A DNA stretch of 64,000 nucleotides from Marsupella aquatica (lineage: Eukaryota > Plantae > Marchantiophyta), in assembly GCA_973895155.1 (NCBI GenBank), contig OZ316897.1:4791976-4855975 (forward strand). The letters are read 5' to 3'. A model generated the notes under the pieces. The model worked only from the letters and a program-made list of their open reading frames with translations. It did not search any database and was not told the DNA's origin. Made by a program: the position numbers and the translations under genes. Positions 24,270 through 38,358 of the stretch are shown one piece after another. Within the stretch, counting starts at the first letter, position 1; each line of letters opens with the position of its first letter.

Positions 24270-27200
24270 AAACCATTTGCGTTCTGCCTCTCCAACACAA
24301 GTCTGACTTCTCCAACTGTCAAAATCGACTGGCTACACAGGGTAGACTCCTCTACATGAAACTTGAAGACATTTATGAACACCCAGTACAAATGTTACAG
24401 GGCATATACGGCTTGCCGCGGGAATGACGACGGAAGAAATCCTCACAGGAACAAGTAGGGAAGATGCACATTTGGACAAAGTAAGTGTTTGGGGATCAAA
24501 GGTTCTCGTGAGTCCGTATTCTAAATTGTTTTCCAAAAGCAATTCCACTAGTCACATCCCACTCTCCATCCAGAGTCATAGCTTCTTTTTGAGCCGACTC
24601 CATTCGTTTACTGTGAGACACAGTTAGATTAGAGCGAGGTCTGGAGTTCCTCCCATTCCTGCTACGAAGGTGCATGTTGGGCTCCGCAAAATTGATTTTC
24701 TCTGGAAATGCGTTTACATTGATTCTCAAGTCGAATGCAACAGGTGCAATTCGAGTTTGAGAGGTCGCAGTTGTTTGGACCATAGAGACTCCCTGCGCTT
24801 GAAGGTACTCTATCTCGTCAGGTGAGAGGTTTGTTCCTTTCACAACTGGCAGGATGTCCGGTACAGGAGGAAGGCGTTCAACACCACGACGCGGGCGGCT
24901 CTTGTAGCATGTGCTGTTTGGGCAGAACCATATCATTTTGGCAATGGGCGTTCCTCTGAAAATGCGATGTCCGCTGACAACAATGCCGACAACACCAGCA
25001 GCAGAATGGAACCCTACTTTCTTGACACGATTTTGACACTCATCTCTGTCAGAATTTCCATGCAAGGTCCCATTACACTGTGGCCCTACCCCATATTTGG
25101 CCATCCGTCTCAAATGCCAGCTTCCTCTTGGAACGTCCATTTCCAGAGGAGCTGATTCTGTCGGCAAATGTTGAAGCACAACAGGGGCACTGCGTGGTGG
25201 TTGAGATGATGTTGTTTCCCTCGTGGCTTCAGGGGTGTTCGCAAGGGAATTGCTTTCACTCGTTGAAGTGTCACTCCCACAGAGGTCCACTACAGGATCT
25301 TCTACATTGGTGGGAATGGAAGTGAACTCAGTGTTGTTAAGATTCTTTCGTTTGAATCCTCGAGTATTCGGGGTAGTGATGAGAATGGTGTCATGCCGAT
25401 GGGAGTCTTGTGGCGATCGAGACAATCCCAGTTGCAAGTCCCTTCCTCTTAATAGATTTGGTGACAATATCTCCATTCAGAGGAGAATTCCTACCCAGAT
25501 CAAAATCGACAGAGTTGGAAAGAATCATGTTAGTGGCTTCTTTGAATAACTTGGATGAACCTGCTTGGTCTGCCGAACGGAATGCTAATTCCCAGATAGT
25601 TGGCCCCTTCCATCTCCTTTCCGATATGCATTGTAACCCGCAACTTGAGATATAGCCCGATTTTGATCAACTTGGCATGCTTCGAAGAGACCCACCATTT
25701 TTTTGGTTGCCCATGCTTTCATTGAAGCGTGCCTTGACTCAGAACTTGTACAGTTTGGAATGAGGGCACCTTCTTCTGCACTTTTGCTCTGCAATGAAGT
25801 GGATCCAGACCAACTTTAGTCAATTTGTTTAAGCAACGGCAGGCGCTAGCAATGTATATAATATATTTCAATATAATGTTGCTATTCTCAAGTGTTCCTA
25901 AGTCATGAATGTGCAAAGTTCTCTGTACAGTTTAAAGCAGCGCCAGGCGCTAGCAATGTGTATGATAGAATAATATAATGTTGCTATCTGTACAGTTTAA
26001 AGCAGCGCCAGGCGCTAGTATAAACACATTGAGAAGTGAGTATTGAACGCATTGATAAAACTTACCACGCGAATGAAATTCCCCCATTGATGCCATCGAA
26101 CGACCCACCATGATATCCAACTCTGCAACATCATCAGTTTTCCTGGAACACAGTTGCCTGCTTGCCACCACAACACAATCTCCCTAGAAACTCGGTACGC
26201 CGCAACGAACGATGGAGCATTTTGCAATTTCTCCCACAGTCTTAGATGTTCAGGTTGCCTACCCTCCAGTACTCCCTCCGTGGAATGTCGATGGAAAGAC
26301 TGGTAAAAGTGGAATGCATCGGAGCGTTCACGTTCAGGGTCTAGGTGACCCCCAAAAAAGACATTGTGAATGGCAATCCATCCAGCCTGAGCATTGTCGG
26401 CCATAAAACCTTGAATGGTTACCTCATGTAACCCATTTTCCTTACAAACCTCTATCATAATTCTCCATGCCTTCTCAAAGGACTCTGTGTCCTCAGCTTT
26501 TAGTTCGCATGTGAATATTGTACAAAGAGCTCGAAAGTTGTGATCGTAAACGTGTGCGCTAAAAGTAAACCAGTCGGTTGTCACTCGCTTCATGACATCA
26601 AAACTCACCCAAGCCCCTTCCAGTCTTTCCCAGGTTGCATCTGCAGTAGAAGATCTACACCAGATCCATGACCCTTGACTGACATTTTGAATATGTGGGG
26701 CCGATCTGCTAAACAACCCTGACCCGGCAGAAGATACCTTTGGAGGAAAGAAATATTATTTGACCTTTGCATTCGAGCTAGGAAATCTAACTCACCACGA
26801 CCAGCTTGGTCCATTCGAACACTACGACAAAGGGATGCAAATTTCTGAGGAGAAGATAGAACCATGAGAGACTTCCAAATTTCAGTTTCTTCAATATCTA
26901 CGATGTCGTCAACGTTCTCGGAAAGAGCTTTCACAAGCGAACCAGTTGCCGAATTCAAAATCCCAGCCGGCTTTGCAAGAGGATTGGCTTCGTGATTTCT
27001 TTCTATTAAGTCCTCGGCCATCTTTTCAGCGCTCCTCGAGAAAACTTTTCTACTCGGATGGTTATGTTCACCTATATGAACCGCGAGCCGAGACATGTGT
27101 CTACAGGTTTCTGTATCAAGTAGAACCTGTGGATACATATAGAACAAGCGAGCAGGGCAAGAGTCCACATAGAAAGGAATCTGTTCACAGTAGTGACATA

Positions 27201-28087
27201 CTATACCACCCTCTTCAATGAACGAACCCACCACATGCTGGCCACTAAGCTTAGGGGTACCAGCCCATGCTTTTGAATTGCATCTCTTCTTTCGCCGAAA
27301 ATACTCACAGGACTTGTTCCTACACTCGACAAACCCAGTACAAGTGACTTTACCAAACTCCCAGTGTTTCTTTGGTTGCACGTTTGCCGGTCGTCGGAAA
27401 AATCCTAGTCCAAATGTAACAATCTTTGGCACGGTCCATGTCACGAAGTCTAGATCCTTTGGACTGCATTCCCACAATAGGAGGCAATTCAAATACAACA
27501 TTTCTGTTGTACTTGTTTGGCAAACAAGGAACTTGATCATGTCGGAAGTCCCCTGCCGAGATAAATCTTGACAGTTCACTATGGTCCGTGGCCTTGAGTA
27601 GGGCGTCCATTGCACTCCGTCGGTAAACCTTCTGGACACCTCCGGAAGTGGCCACCGGTTCACTCTTAAGGCAACTTGAGCCTGGAACTTTGTGCTTCTC
27701 AGGAGGATTGGGCGCAACTTCCTCATCTTCACTCTCAGATATTTCAACAACCTGGGGCGGAATGTCCTGAACAACCGATTGAAGAGGAGTAGGTCTGACA
27801 TGAAGCGTGTAACGAAGTCCTACATTCATGTGCCAGAAATGTATTCCGTCATCCACATCAAATGCCGCAGCTGGTTCAAGTCCTCCACTTGATGACTCCT
27901 CAGGAACAATCGACTCAATGTCATTGATTCTCAAATCGAATCTCCCGCACAGGTAGGTCTCGCTTACTTGCTTGTAAGTATCATAAACTTGCACGGGAAC
28001 CTTGACGACGTCCCCGGTACAAGCACGTGTAATAACAATTGAGCGCGACATTGTAGATGAATGAAGTTTAGGCCAGAGGAAATTCAT
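24270..28087 (-). pseudogene. MULE transposase with GCM/WRKY-like zinc region and DDE core (frameshifted, one intron)
   Basis: CTGFVECRNKSC..CHYC..CPAR..HIGEHNHP; VSFDVMKR, GFMADNAQAGWIAIHNVF, DAFHFYQ, WISWW, SSESRHASM. Confidence 0.82.
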
Positions 28088-29019
28088 GCACTAACCCAAT
28101 CCCGACCATATTGGTTGCTTATACCACCCCTTCAAGGACCATCGGCCGTTAAAAGAGACATTCCAATATGACAGAGAACACGCACAACTTTGCGTCCGTT
28201 GAAATCATAAATGAGACATTTGTCCTTTTTGCCCGACAAGTGCGGGTGTCAGAAATATTTATTACATGAATATGATTAGATAATAGCCTATACAAGTGCG
28301 TCCATTTCATTAGCGTCGGGCGCTACCTAAAAATCATTGGAAAAAACAATGACTTATTTTGAAAAGTCTTGTGACTAGCGCCTGGCGCTAGCATAATCAT
28401 ACACAAAATATCAATGTTTTTTTCTTCAAAATATTGCATCACAAGATCAAATAAAGCTCAAAAACAGTAAATCGTTACTACCGCCAGGCGCTAGTATTGA
28501 TACAATATACTTAATACCATAATATCAAGTAAAGTTTAGTTACTACGGGTGAAACGAGTACATTTGGAAGTTTGTTGACAATATCTGGTACTAAAATAGA
28601 ACGTTAATCAAATTATTCAAATGGCTAGCGCTGGGCGCTAGCATTTGTTCACCAATAAGTATTTGAATTTGGAAGTCACTCCTTTTGTTAGCGCCCGGCG
28701 CTGGCATTGTATTCTGTTTGAAAGGTGTTGAGACAACGGTAACATTTAACGGTAACTAATGTTTAGCGTGATGATCACGACAACATTTTAGCGTAATTCA
28801 CATTAATACTTATCGCAATTTCTAAATTGTTGGCTTTCTGTCACGGATAAATAAAATTGAATCTTGTCATTCACAATGAGTAACGTCTCTCCAACCGATT
28901 ACAAAGAGGGGAATAGCACTCATTGATCGGATATAATACGGCCACAATTGTTAATATGGTACGGAGAACTGGTAATCAGTCGTGAGAATTCCGTTCGTAC
29001 ACCTTTCATCGTAAAGACG

Positions 29020-30615
29020 ATGGATGCAATCCCCTCCTTGTCGAGGGGGTATAGTGTGGTTGGGGATCAGGATCGTGGATATTGTGAGTCTTCTGAGTCT
29101 TCATTCTCTGGTTCGGTGTATACGCGTCGAGTAACGAGGTCCACCGCATCGCTTGTTCCAATCTCTGGTATTTTGTTTGCCAAGCCAGCGAGAAAGAAGA
29201 TGGAGAATCTTGACACATTTGCGATTCAAGATGTTTCGTTTTCCAAGATGGATCTTATTTTGAAACATGTCATGTCATTTGGGAAGGATTTTAGAGGGTT
29301 TGACAAAGAGCCTCCACAAATTCCACTATGTCGATTGGTGCATATGGAGGTTGTCCGAACTCTACAGAAAGATAGTTCTTCCATCGACAAGCTCAAAGAC
29401 TCCTTCCGTAGCATGGGATACAATGAGGTTTTACGTTCAACCTACCGATGCTGAGGGAGTGCTTCTCACCTGTACTCAAGAAATTCGTGAGAGTTGGGAT
29501 CCAATATGGACATCTGAGAATGAGAAATTCAAGGAAGAATGTGTTGCCGACCCAGATTTTCTGGTTTTGAAGGACAGAATGTTCTTAGTTTTTGACGGGA
29601 ACCATAGGCTTTATTTGTGGACTCTTGTCACTCAAGAGAGTCCCAAAAACCCAAAGTACCACCCGCGTGTACTTTGTACTATTTTCAATGGCGACAAGGG
29701 TTCGCTGATAGAAATCGAAGCGGCTATGCACACCGTTAATCAGTAAGATACTCTTTTGTGCATAACTTTGTGAGTCATTGTGAATTGTTCATTCTTTCTA
29801 GCATAACTTTCTGAGGCTATGTTTTACGAGTGCCCGACGCTGCTTATATGTTCTTCTCATTTTGTTCTTGCACAAGTCTGGGTGGGGGCAGCTCGGCACA
29901 AGCAGACTGACGAAGAAACGAGTACGAAAAAACGAACAAAACAGTCGGGGTGTTAGGCTTGGACAAGCCGTTGTGGAACCCTCCTGGATCCTAGACGCCG
30001 ATCGAATTAAGCGGATCTTGATGCATGACCTGGAGTACTATAGTAAGCTCATCGACCCTGCGAATTACAAGAAGTTTGAGCAGATCAGGATGAAGACGCG
30101 AAAAGGATCCTGGTACACAAAGAAGATGCCTCAGGAGGCCCTTGTGTACATTCTATGTTAGGATAAGATTAAGTCGTATTCGAACCAGTTCAAGATTGAC
30201 ATGGAGTCCGCTGCGGCCCTCGGTTCCCCTTGGTTGGTCGAGGAGGTTTCCAGAAGGCATGCCGTTATGATGAAGGAAGCAACCAAGGAATGGGCAGTGA
30301 AGACCTCAAAAATCACTCCTTTGTTGAGTCTAGAGTTTGAGGACTTTTTGTCTACGTGCGCAGAAATGTATGTTGTCACGGAGAGGAATAAGCGGGAGAA
30401 GAAGCCAGATACCGTGTTGTGTACCATGGACCGGGCTAGGCTTTTTACAGCTGTTTCGGCTCTTGACGCCAAGCTACGAAGTACTTTGCTTGTAGCACAT
30501 TGCAATCCGGAGCTCCGAAGACAATTCTTCCATCCGAATAGCGTCAATGATGATCCAGTAAAACAGTGGTGTCACACTTGGATTACATGGAATAATGTAG
30601 AAGGGATTGCGGTGG
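29020..30615 (+). pseudogene. MULE cargo gene, 5' part: ParB/Srx-like domain
   Basis: IPLCRLVHMEVVR...IDKLKDSFRSMGY...FYV...FLVFDGNHRL. Intron ~29743-29875. The frame continues exactly at 48959 once the Sola-like element is removed. Confidence 0.75.
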
Positions 30616-31097
30616 AACCCCTATTTAGATAAAACTGGACAATTAGTGAAATTTTGGATTGATTGAAATTACAATCAAATCATATTTAAGCAAAATAAAT
30701 TCATTATTACTAAGTTAACACTTGCATGTACCAAAAAACCATATATATTGGTACACAATGTCATAATTAGAATTATTGTAATATGCACAATTTAGAATGA
30801 AAGATGCACAATCCATGGTCCAATAATGAATAAAGTGGTACAAGGTGTACAATCACATTAATGTGCACAAATTTACTGGTAAGAGTGAAATGCATAATCC
30901 ATGATCCAGTCATGAATAACCATCCACATATGGAAATCATTCAATGCTAGGTTGCTTTCTTGTGATTGTTGAAGAGAAGAATTTTATTGAAGAATTGCTC
31001 TCCCCTTTTTAATATGTCAAATCAACCAAATAACAAGGTGATGATGATGATTTACAATTACTTATCCTTCTACTAATAAAACTACACTGTCTAAGTA

Positions 31098-34000
31098 TCA
31101 TGAAGTTGATGCTGCCTCATCCTCTAAGCATCTATTCAAATTGTCTCTTGCTTTCATTGCATGACTTTTTGCTATTCTAACTAAGCCACTTTTGGCTGTG
31201 GTCCGTCCCTTGAAACACCATAGTACAGTGTTCACACTTATTGTCTCAGTGGAATACCCTGGATCACGTTCCCATTGTTGATTCCAACAATCTAACCACC
31301 GCTGTCGTGGCTCATATTCTGGCTGACCACGTTTTCTTAGCATGTAAGGTCTATACCACTCCACAATACACACATGTTCAAGTTGATTGTTGGCATTCAA
31401 CTCTCCTTCTTCCACATTACTAATCACTTTGCCCAAATAAATTGGGTAATTAAATATCTAGGTCAGCTGTGTCTGGCCGAACCAAGATATAATTATCTTT
31501 CATGATATCTACCCTTGGGTTAAAAGTTTCACGAGGTTTGTCTTTCCTTGGTCCCACATACCCAATCTTTGCATCCAACTCACATGCCACATTGCGGTAT
31601 TGCAAAGGAACACTATCTCTCCATTTTGACATGGGCCAAAATCCATGAACCAAGTGTTCCTCTCCAGATCTATATTGCACCGCCTCTGTCTCCAAAGTAT
31701 GGATAATTTGATTCCAGTATTGTATCAGTGCCACCCATCTACCCTTTCCTTCTTCTGAAGTAGTTCGATTGCAGACAAAATTAAAAATTTTCACTTGCTT
31801 ATGTAGTCCTTGTCGCACCTCCTCTACCATGGCCATTTCTATCATTGGTAATATTTTTGGTTCTCCTACGGGAAGTTTTGGACTATTATCATCCGTCCAC
31901 GACCACATCTCAATACCTTCTCTTGGGAGCCAATCATCCTCTTGGCATTTCATTTTGTATTGAAGGCATGGCATACCATCATCACGCACATACAATCGAA
32001 ATAGTCGTGGTTGCAAATGCCCCACCAATGAGTCCCCTCCTTTAAGCAAGTATGGTTCCAAGTATGATTTAAAATCGGGCACCTCTTGCACGAAATGGGG
32101 AACTGGATGTGGAGTCCTTGCCCCCATTAACAATGACATTAGATCTGCCAAAGAATAGGTTGGGTTACGCATTAAACTTTCAGAGAAATGGCCAAACATA
32201 GCATCAACATCCTCATGAGTATGTCCGACCATGAGAAATCCCAGATGAATCTCTTCAAAAACATCTCTTGCCGTCAGTAGGGACAAATAACCCAACACAT
32301 ATCTGTTTTTGTTATCTCCTGCACAATTGTCAAGTTGTAACTTCAAAACTCTTGGAAGAGGCTTGAAGGTAGTAGACGCATCCAATGAGTGTGACTTCGC
32401 TGCAAAAATTTAAGAACCATATATATTAGGGTCAATAATTAATTTAGAGCCAAAACATTTTCATAGAGCCTACATATTTTCTTAGACATATAGAATAACC
32501 AATAATATACCATCATGGGCAACGATTTATGAACATAAACTCAAATGAACTATAGTTTCTAGTCTGAAATAAATAGTTAACGGTTCAAGCCATGGTTCTC
32601 ACTAAGTTTTGCATACACTAACAACAAACCATGGGTCACACTTTCAATAAGCTAGTTACAATGAACCGTGGTTTGTGCTCTCAAATAAACTAACAATAAA
32701 AAATGGTTCATACTTTGAAATAATCTATCAATGAACCATGGTTTGCACTTATCACATAAAATAACAAACAAGGATATATCCTAAGAAAATGACTCTCACA
32801 TGAGCGAATAATAACAATCTTTATGTCAACTGACAATGAACTCTGGTTGACACCTTGGAAGGTCACATCACTTACAAAGGAAGCATGGTTGATACTGAAT
32901 ATGGCATAAAAATAACAACACTTATTTGCATTGAAGTGAAATAATTACCTAGATTTGATATTTCGTCCTTAAATGCTTCACGAAGTTTTCCCTCCAATAT
33001 AGGTCCTCGCCCCTCAAGCAAGTTTTCAAATAGTTTTGTGGAATCTGGCCCTTCCACTAAAGATTTGATCATCGGTTCTGGATTTTCCAACATTCGAAGT
33101 ATTGTGTCAAGTGAACCAATTGTGGCATTGGCATCAGGTGCCCACACTCCAACATTATATTGAGCAATAGCTTTTGGACCATGGCCATGAGTCAAAATAC
33201 CAGTCAAGGTAATTGGAAGTTTAATCGCACCATCCACTTCTTTCGGACAAAAGGGCATCCTTGGTAGTGCAGTCTTACAATGATCCATTTTATCATGAAT
33301 TATGCATAAGACCTGTTTTGGATTATCAACAGACTGGCGTCTCCAAGAGTGATATAATAATCTGCCTTCGGTATGATCACGATGATGAGCGATTTCATCC
33401 CTCTTTAAAATCTCAATCTCTTCTTTCACACCGGTCAGATTTGCTTTCCGTTGCATCAACTCACTACAAGTTGTACACTTGGAAAAGTTATTGCCTTTCT
33501 TATGAATCGTCACTTCCTTGAAGTACTTTTGATGTAAAATACTCAATGTGGACTCGGGAGATTGGTTGAAGACCAAGCTCTAAATTTGTAGCATTGAGCT
33601 TGTTCCTAATACTTTCCCAAGTATAACTTGTAGGTAGCTCCTTTAAAACTTGTCGAGATTTGTCTGCAGTCGTCCTCATTTTTGCAGGATGAAGATCTGC
33701 GCACTCATCAATCAACCCATGCAATGACATATAGGCTTGAGAAACTCGTTCAGTCATCCTTCTCTTTCCTTGGTTTCCATGATAAGCTATCCTCACCCCA
33801 TTACCCACAGCCTTTCTGAGCTCATAGAATTGACTTCGCCCTTTGGAGTGCAAAATCCTCCATGCCTCCAAGCATATTGCCTTCCCTTCAATGATGATTA
33901 GTTTTTCAGTATTAGATAGTTCCAATATATTGACAATAGCATTGATCTCATACTCTTTTCGCATCACAAATGATTTCTCCCAATAGTTCTCCCTAATCCC

Positions 34001-34909
34001 CCTTGCCACATGAGGGTCAAGAAGATGGCAGCACCGACGAAGGCAACATTTCTGTTTTCTGATTTCCTCCACATCTTCTTTGGAAAGGGACTTGTCTTTC
34101 TTTGACAAAGAAAGAGAAGGTTGTTTTCTTTTTCTGGTTATTGGAATGTATGATCTCTTTCAACTTGAAGCATCTAGATCCTCCTCCTCTGCATCTACAA
34201 AAAATGAGGCTAATAGCCTTCCGTTACTTGTGACGAGCCTATCCAATGGCCATGCCCTCAAACAATCTCTATGTTTCAGGTGATCATTGGTTGCACCTTG
34301 AATATATTCATCAATCAAGATTCCCACATGTGTATTTCGAAGAGTAGTATCTCCCAATGTCACTTCTGGATTAACAGCCATTACTCTTGCAATGGCAAAG
34401 GCAAAATGTGTTTCATCAAGTACTTTAACAACCATTCCCATCCATAAACTTGTGGATGAAATTCGAAGAGGATTTCCACTAGATTCAACTCCATTCTCAT
34501 TTGACCACTCCGGTTGGTTTCCTTGAGCTTCGTTCTCATTTGAGATCTCTGGTTGGCTGGTATCACTTCCATTGCTCGTTGAAGCTCCATTCTTGTATGA
34601 GGTATTAGGTAGGTATCCAGTAACCATTTCAAGTTGCTGAAGTTGACCTTTTTTCCAGACTAGAAAAGATCCTATCATGTCAGCCAAGCTTTCACCATGA
34701 TCCCATTGAATTTCCCCATCAAATACTTCTTTCAAAGTAACAAGAACTTGAAGAGGCCCAAGAGGAACATTATGGCAAATCCGAGATGGATCCACACTTT
34801 GAATGATACCCTTCGCAACCATTTTATTTGATATGCACAAACCTACGGTTTCACCGACAATAATCCAAGATGTCGCCATTATTTTATCTGCACATTCAAT
34901 CCAAATCAA
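31098..34909 (-). pseudogene. Sola-type (DUF7869-like) DDD transposase with two N-terminal Tnp1/DUF8039-like repeats
   Basis: CCLRRCC, FSKCTTC, IIHDKMD, LKLQLDNCAGDNKNRY, FLMVGHTHEDVDAMF. N-terminal VAKG..S.DP...CHNVPLG...V.V...W motif twice. Intron ~32940-32402. Confidence 0.82.
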
Positions 34910-36721
34910 AGTTAACCTCTGTTCCTAAGATATAGTTGTTGTTTTTTTCTCTGAATATACCCAAGGGACCGTATACTTTTTGTCTTAGTTTTCCAGACCT
35001 ACTTTGTTTCCCTTGTTTCTCAATAGCCTTGAACTCTCGTGTAATTGTCTGAGATGAGTTGCCCTCACAACTAAGTTGGCAGGTTGTTACTTACCATTGA
35101 GTTCAAGAAGCATTGTGTACATTTGACCCAAAACCCTAAACTACTACATACTTAAATGATGTCTTACCACAAGATGGCAACTGCAAACCATGGTTCGCTC
35201 CATTAATGAGAATATAAAAAAAGTACTAAGGCGTATAATTACCATGACTATCTTTTATCATATTATAGATATGAAGTGTTTCTTATGGGGTGTTTTTATA
35301 GTATTGTCATCAAGAAACAGTGTTCAGGCTAGGTTTAAATTCACCATGAATGATACATGTTAAAACAAAAGCAAATCAGTATTACAAGAGAAAGTCATCT
35401 TGCATTATAATTGTTTGATGTGTAATAATTCCATCAGTTTAGAATTCATAAGAAAGTCTTTATCAAATGTATTCTATTGGACTTATGTATGAGTTTCTCT
35501 TGACCAGAATGTAAACAATATTAAAGAGAGTTATAATCATACTTAAGCAAAGCAGGAGACTGAGGTTCATGTATCATATAGATCATGTGACTATGAACCA
35601 TGGTTTGTGGCCTTTGGTCATAGTCACATTTTTATTTTTCTAGCTAGGAGTATACTAGTCAGTTTGGTAATTTACTCCTAGTTTTAGATGATGCTGTTAA
35701 ATAAGGCTCATTAATTCAAGGGCTACGTACCATGATTTGCACTCACCTTTCATTTTCCCATCTACAAGTTGAGTTAGTTTGATATGGTTTGAACCATGGT
35801 TCGAAGTCACTTTTTACATGTAGGTGTAGAGTTGGTTCACTCCGAGTATTAGATAATTAATGCCATCAGATAAGCCTCTTACTAGGCACACGAACCATGG
35901 TTCATGGTCACTTTTTAAAGTTTTGATCATCTACTTGAAGTATTAGAGGTTTCCTAGTCACCTCAGAAGTCATTTGTTTAAGAAAACCACAACATGACAA
36001 AGGTAGGGCTCATGTACCAACCACAAATACTTATCATGATAACATTCTCCCACAAGTTATTTGGTGTTAAATCTAGGAGAAAGCACATACATATATGTTA
36101 CTTTCATTCAAGTATCTTTGTTTGCTTATATGCGTTCAATTTTAAATTATGTATGTCAAGTAACCGTCACGCTAGTTAGTTTGTGAAAATCTACACTCAG
36201 GTAGATTATGATTGAAGTTGAACAGGTTAACAAAAGATTAACCTCATCAAACATTAGAATGAATCGGATATATTACTCAGTTACAAATACAATCTACAAT
36301 CTTAATGATTAAATTCTCACTTAAGTTCGAGTTAGGGAATGATTCTTGAGTTCAAGATTCATATATATTATGAAGTGAATTGAGTTCACACATCACAATC
36401 TAATTCATCAATTCAATCTCTCATTCTAAGATTGAAGAAGAACTAATGCAAAAAGGAAGAACTCGAATGGATGGTTACTTACAGTTTCAAGACACATACA
36501 GCTTGTATATCTTCTCTGCCACTCTAGACAGTTCACTCAATCTTCATCAACAAATAACTCGTGCAGTCTCTTGCCAGTTCCTCTATAGTCGCACACTATG
36601 ACTCTTTGATGAAGGCTGACTGTCTAATCTCCTCGATCGCTCTTCAATGTTAATCTCTATCTCCTTGAACAATCTGTACTCTAAGAACTCCTCCCAGCTC
36701 TCCTCTTGAAGTATCCCCTCC

Positions 36722-36790
36722 CAGCACTTGAAGCACTCTCCTCGCAGCTTGAAGCACTCTCCTCGCAGCTTGAAGTGCTCTCCTCGTAGC
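36722..36790 (+). repeat. 21-bp tandem repeat x3
   Basis: cagc(a)cttgaagcactctcctcg repeated three times. Confidence 0.85.
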
Positions 36791-37363
36791 TCTCCTGAAT
36801 CAAAACCCTTTCCTAGTAAATGAACTCCATAGACGATCAAAACAGACTTAATGTTTTTGACTCCACAAGAGGATTCTGGAAGTTCGCATTTCAAAATGAA
36901 ACTTTTGGGGGGAATTTTGAATTTTGACCTGGTTATGATTGCCTTGGCCTTCGGTAACTGATTCTCATGCCCAATCGATCTGATGCAAACTGATCATATC
37001 TTGTCCTGTAAATGCCCGGAGGTACCCTTCGAGCAGAGAAAAGTTTACAAGGCCTTGGCCGTAAAATTAATAAAATTTTCAATTATATGCTTGTAAATTG
37101 AAACAAATTTTTAACTTGCTAGGGGGATCCTCACCTAATCTTTTAATTTGCACCCATTATACATTTACTACTAAGGTAACTTACTTCCTTTACGATTAAA
37201 TTTACCATTTGTACTACCATAATTTATTTAACCTCATTTAATATTTTTACTACCATCATTATTTAACCTACTAAGGTAACCTCATTCAATCTTTTTACTA
37301 CCATAATTTATTTAAATTACTAAGGTAACCTGATTTGTTCTTTTTACTACCATTATTTAATAG

Positions 37364-38358
37364 CCTATAACTAAGGGTAATACTCGCCTAAGATTTCACA
37401 ACACATATGAATTATTAAACCTACTCGGGTAACCGCCCCTTAATCTTATTATATCTAAACCTTAAACCCCTAAACCCTAAATCTGATTATATATATTATG
37501 TGTTTAACCCCTAGGGTAACCCTTGATCTCTTAATCCTTGTGCAACCATTATTAATTTAACTTACTACAAGGGCCTCTCTCAGTCTTGTGCAACCATTAT
37601 TTATTTGTACAATTAACCCAAGGTCATCTTAGCTAATTTCTATGAAAAATACCTGTTTTGGATCGCATGTGGTTCCTAAGATTTTTGATAGTCAACCCCC
37701 CGAGCATCTTAGGATTAAGGACTGTTACCGATGTTTAGGCTTAAGGTTAAATAGAGTTAACCTAAGTAATGTTTAGGGTTCTAGGGTTTCATGTTCAGGG
37801 TTCAGGGTTTAGGGTTTTTAAGGGTTTCAGCCTAAACCCTAACTAAACCCTAGCTAAACCCTATAACTAAGGCTAATACTCGCCTAAGATTTCACAACAC
37901 ATATGAATTATTAAACCTACTCAGGTAAACACCCCTTAATCTTATTATATCTAAACCCTAAACCCCTAAACCCTAAATCTGATTATATATATTATGTGTT
38001 TAACCCCTAGGGTAACCCTTGATCTCTTAATCCTTGTGCAACCATTATTAATTTAACTTACTACAAGGGCCTCTCTCAGTCTTGTGCAACCATTATTTAT
38101 TTGTACAATTAACCCAAAGTCATCTTAGCTAATTTCTATGAAAAATACCTATTTCGGATCGCACGTGGTTCCTAAGATTTTTGATAGTCAACCCCCCGAG
38201 CATCTTAGGATTAAGGACTGTTATTGATGTTTAGGCTTAAGGTTAAATAGAGTTAACCTAAGTAATGTTTAGGGTTCTAGCGTTTTAAGTTCAGGGTTCA
38301 AGGTTTAGGGTTTTTAAGGGTTTCAGCCTAAACCCTAACTAAACCCTAGCTAAACCCT
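37364..38358 (+). repeat. ~497-bp tandem duplication with AAACCCT-rich motifs
   Basis: ctataactaagg..tactcgcctaagatttcac at 37365 and 37861; near-identical units. Confidence 0.92.

Noticed and set aside
24270-24548. SWIM zinc finger at the MULE transposase C-terminus
   Set aside because: Cys/His residues are present but no clear CxC...CxH spacing could be read.
31098-34909. A second transposase belonging to the MULE (two-transposase element)
   Set aside because: It has its own TIRs and 4-bp TSD, and its removal restores the MULE cargo ORF, so it is a nested element.
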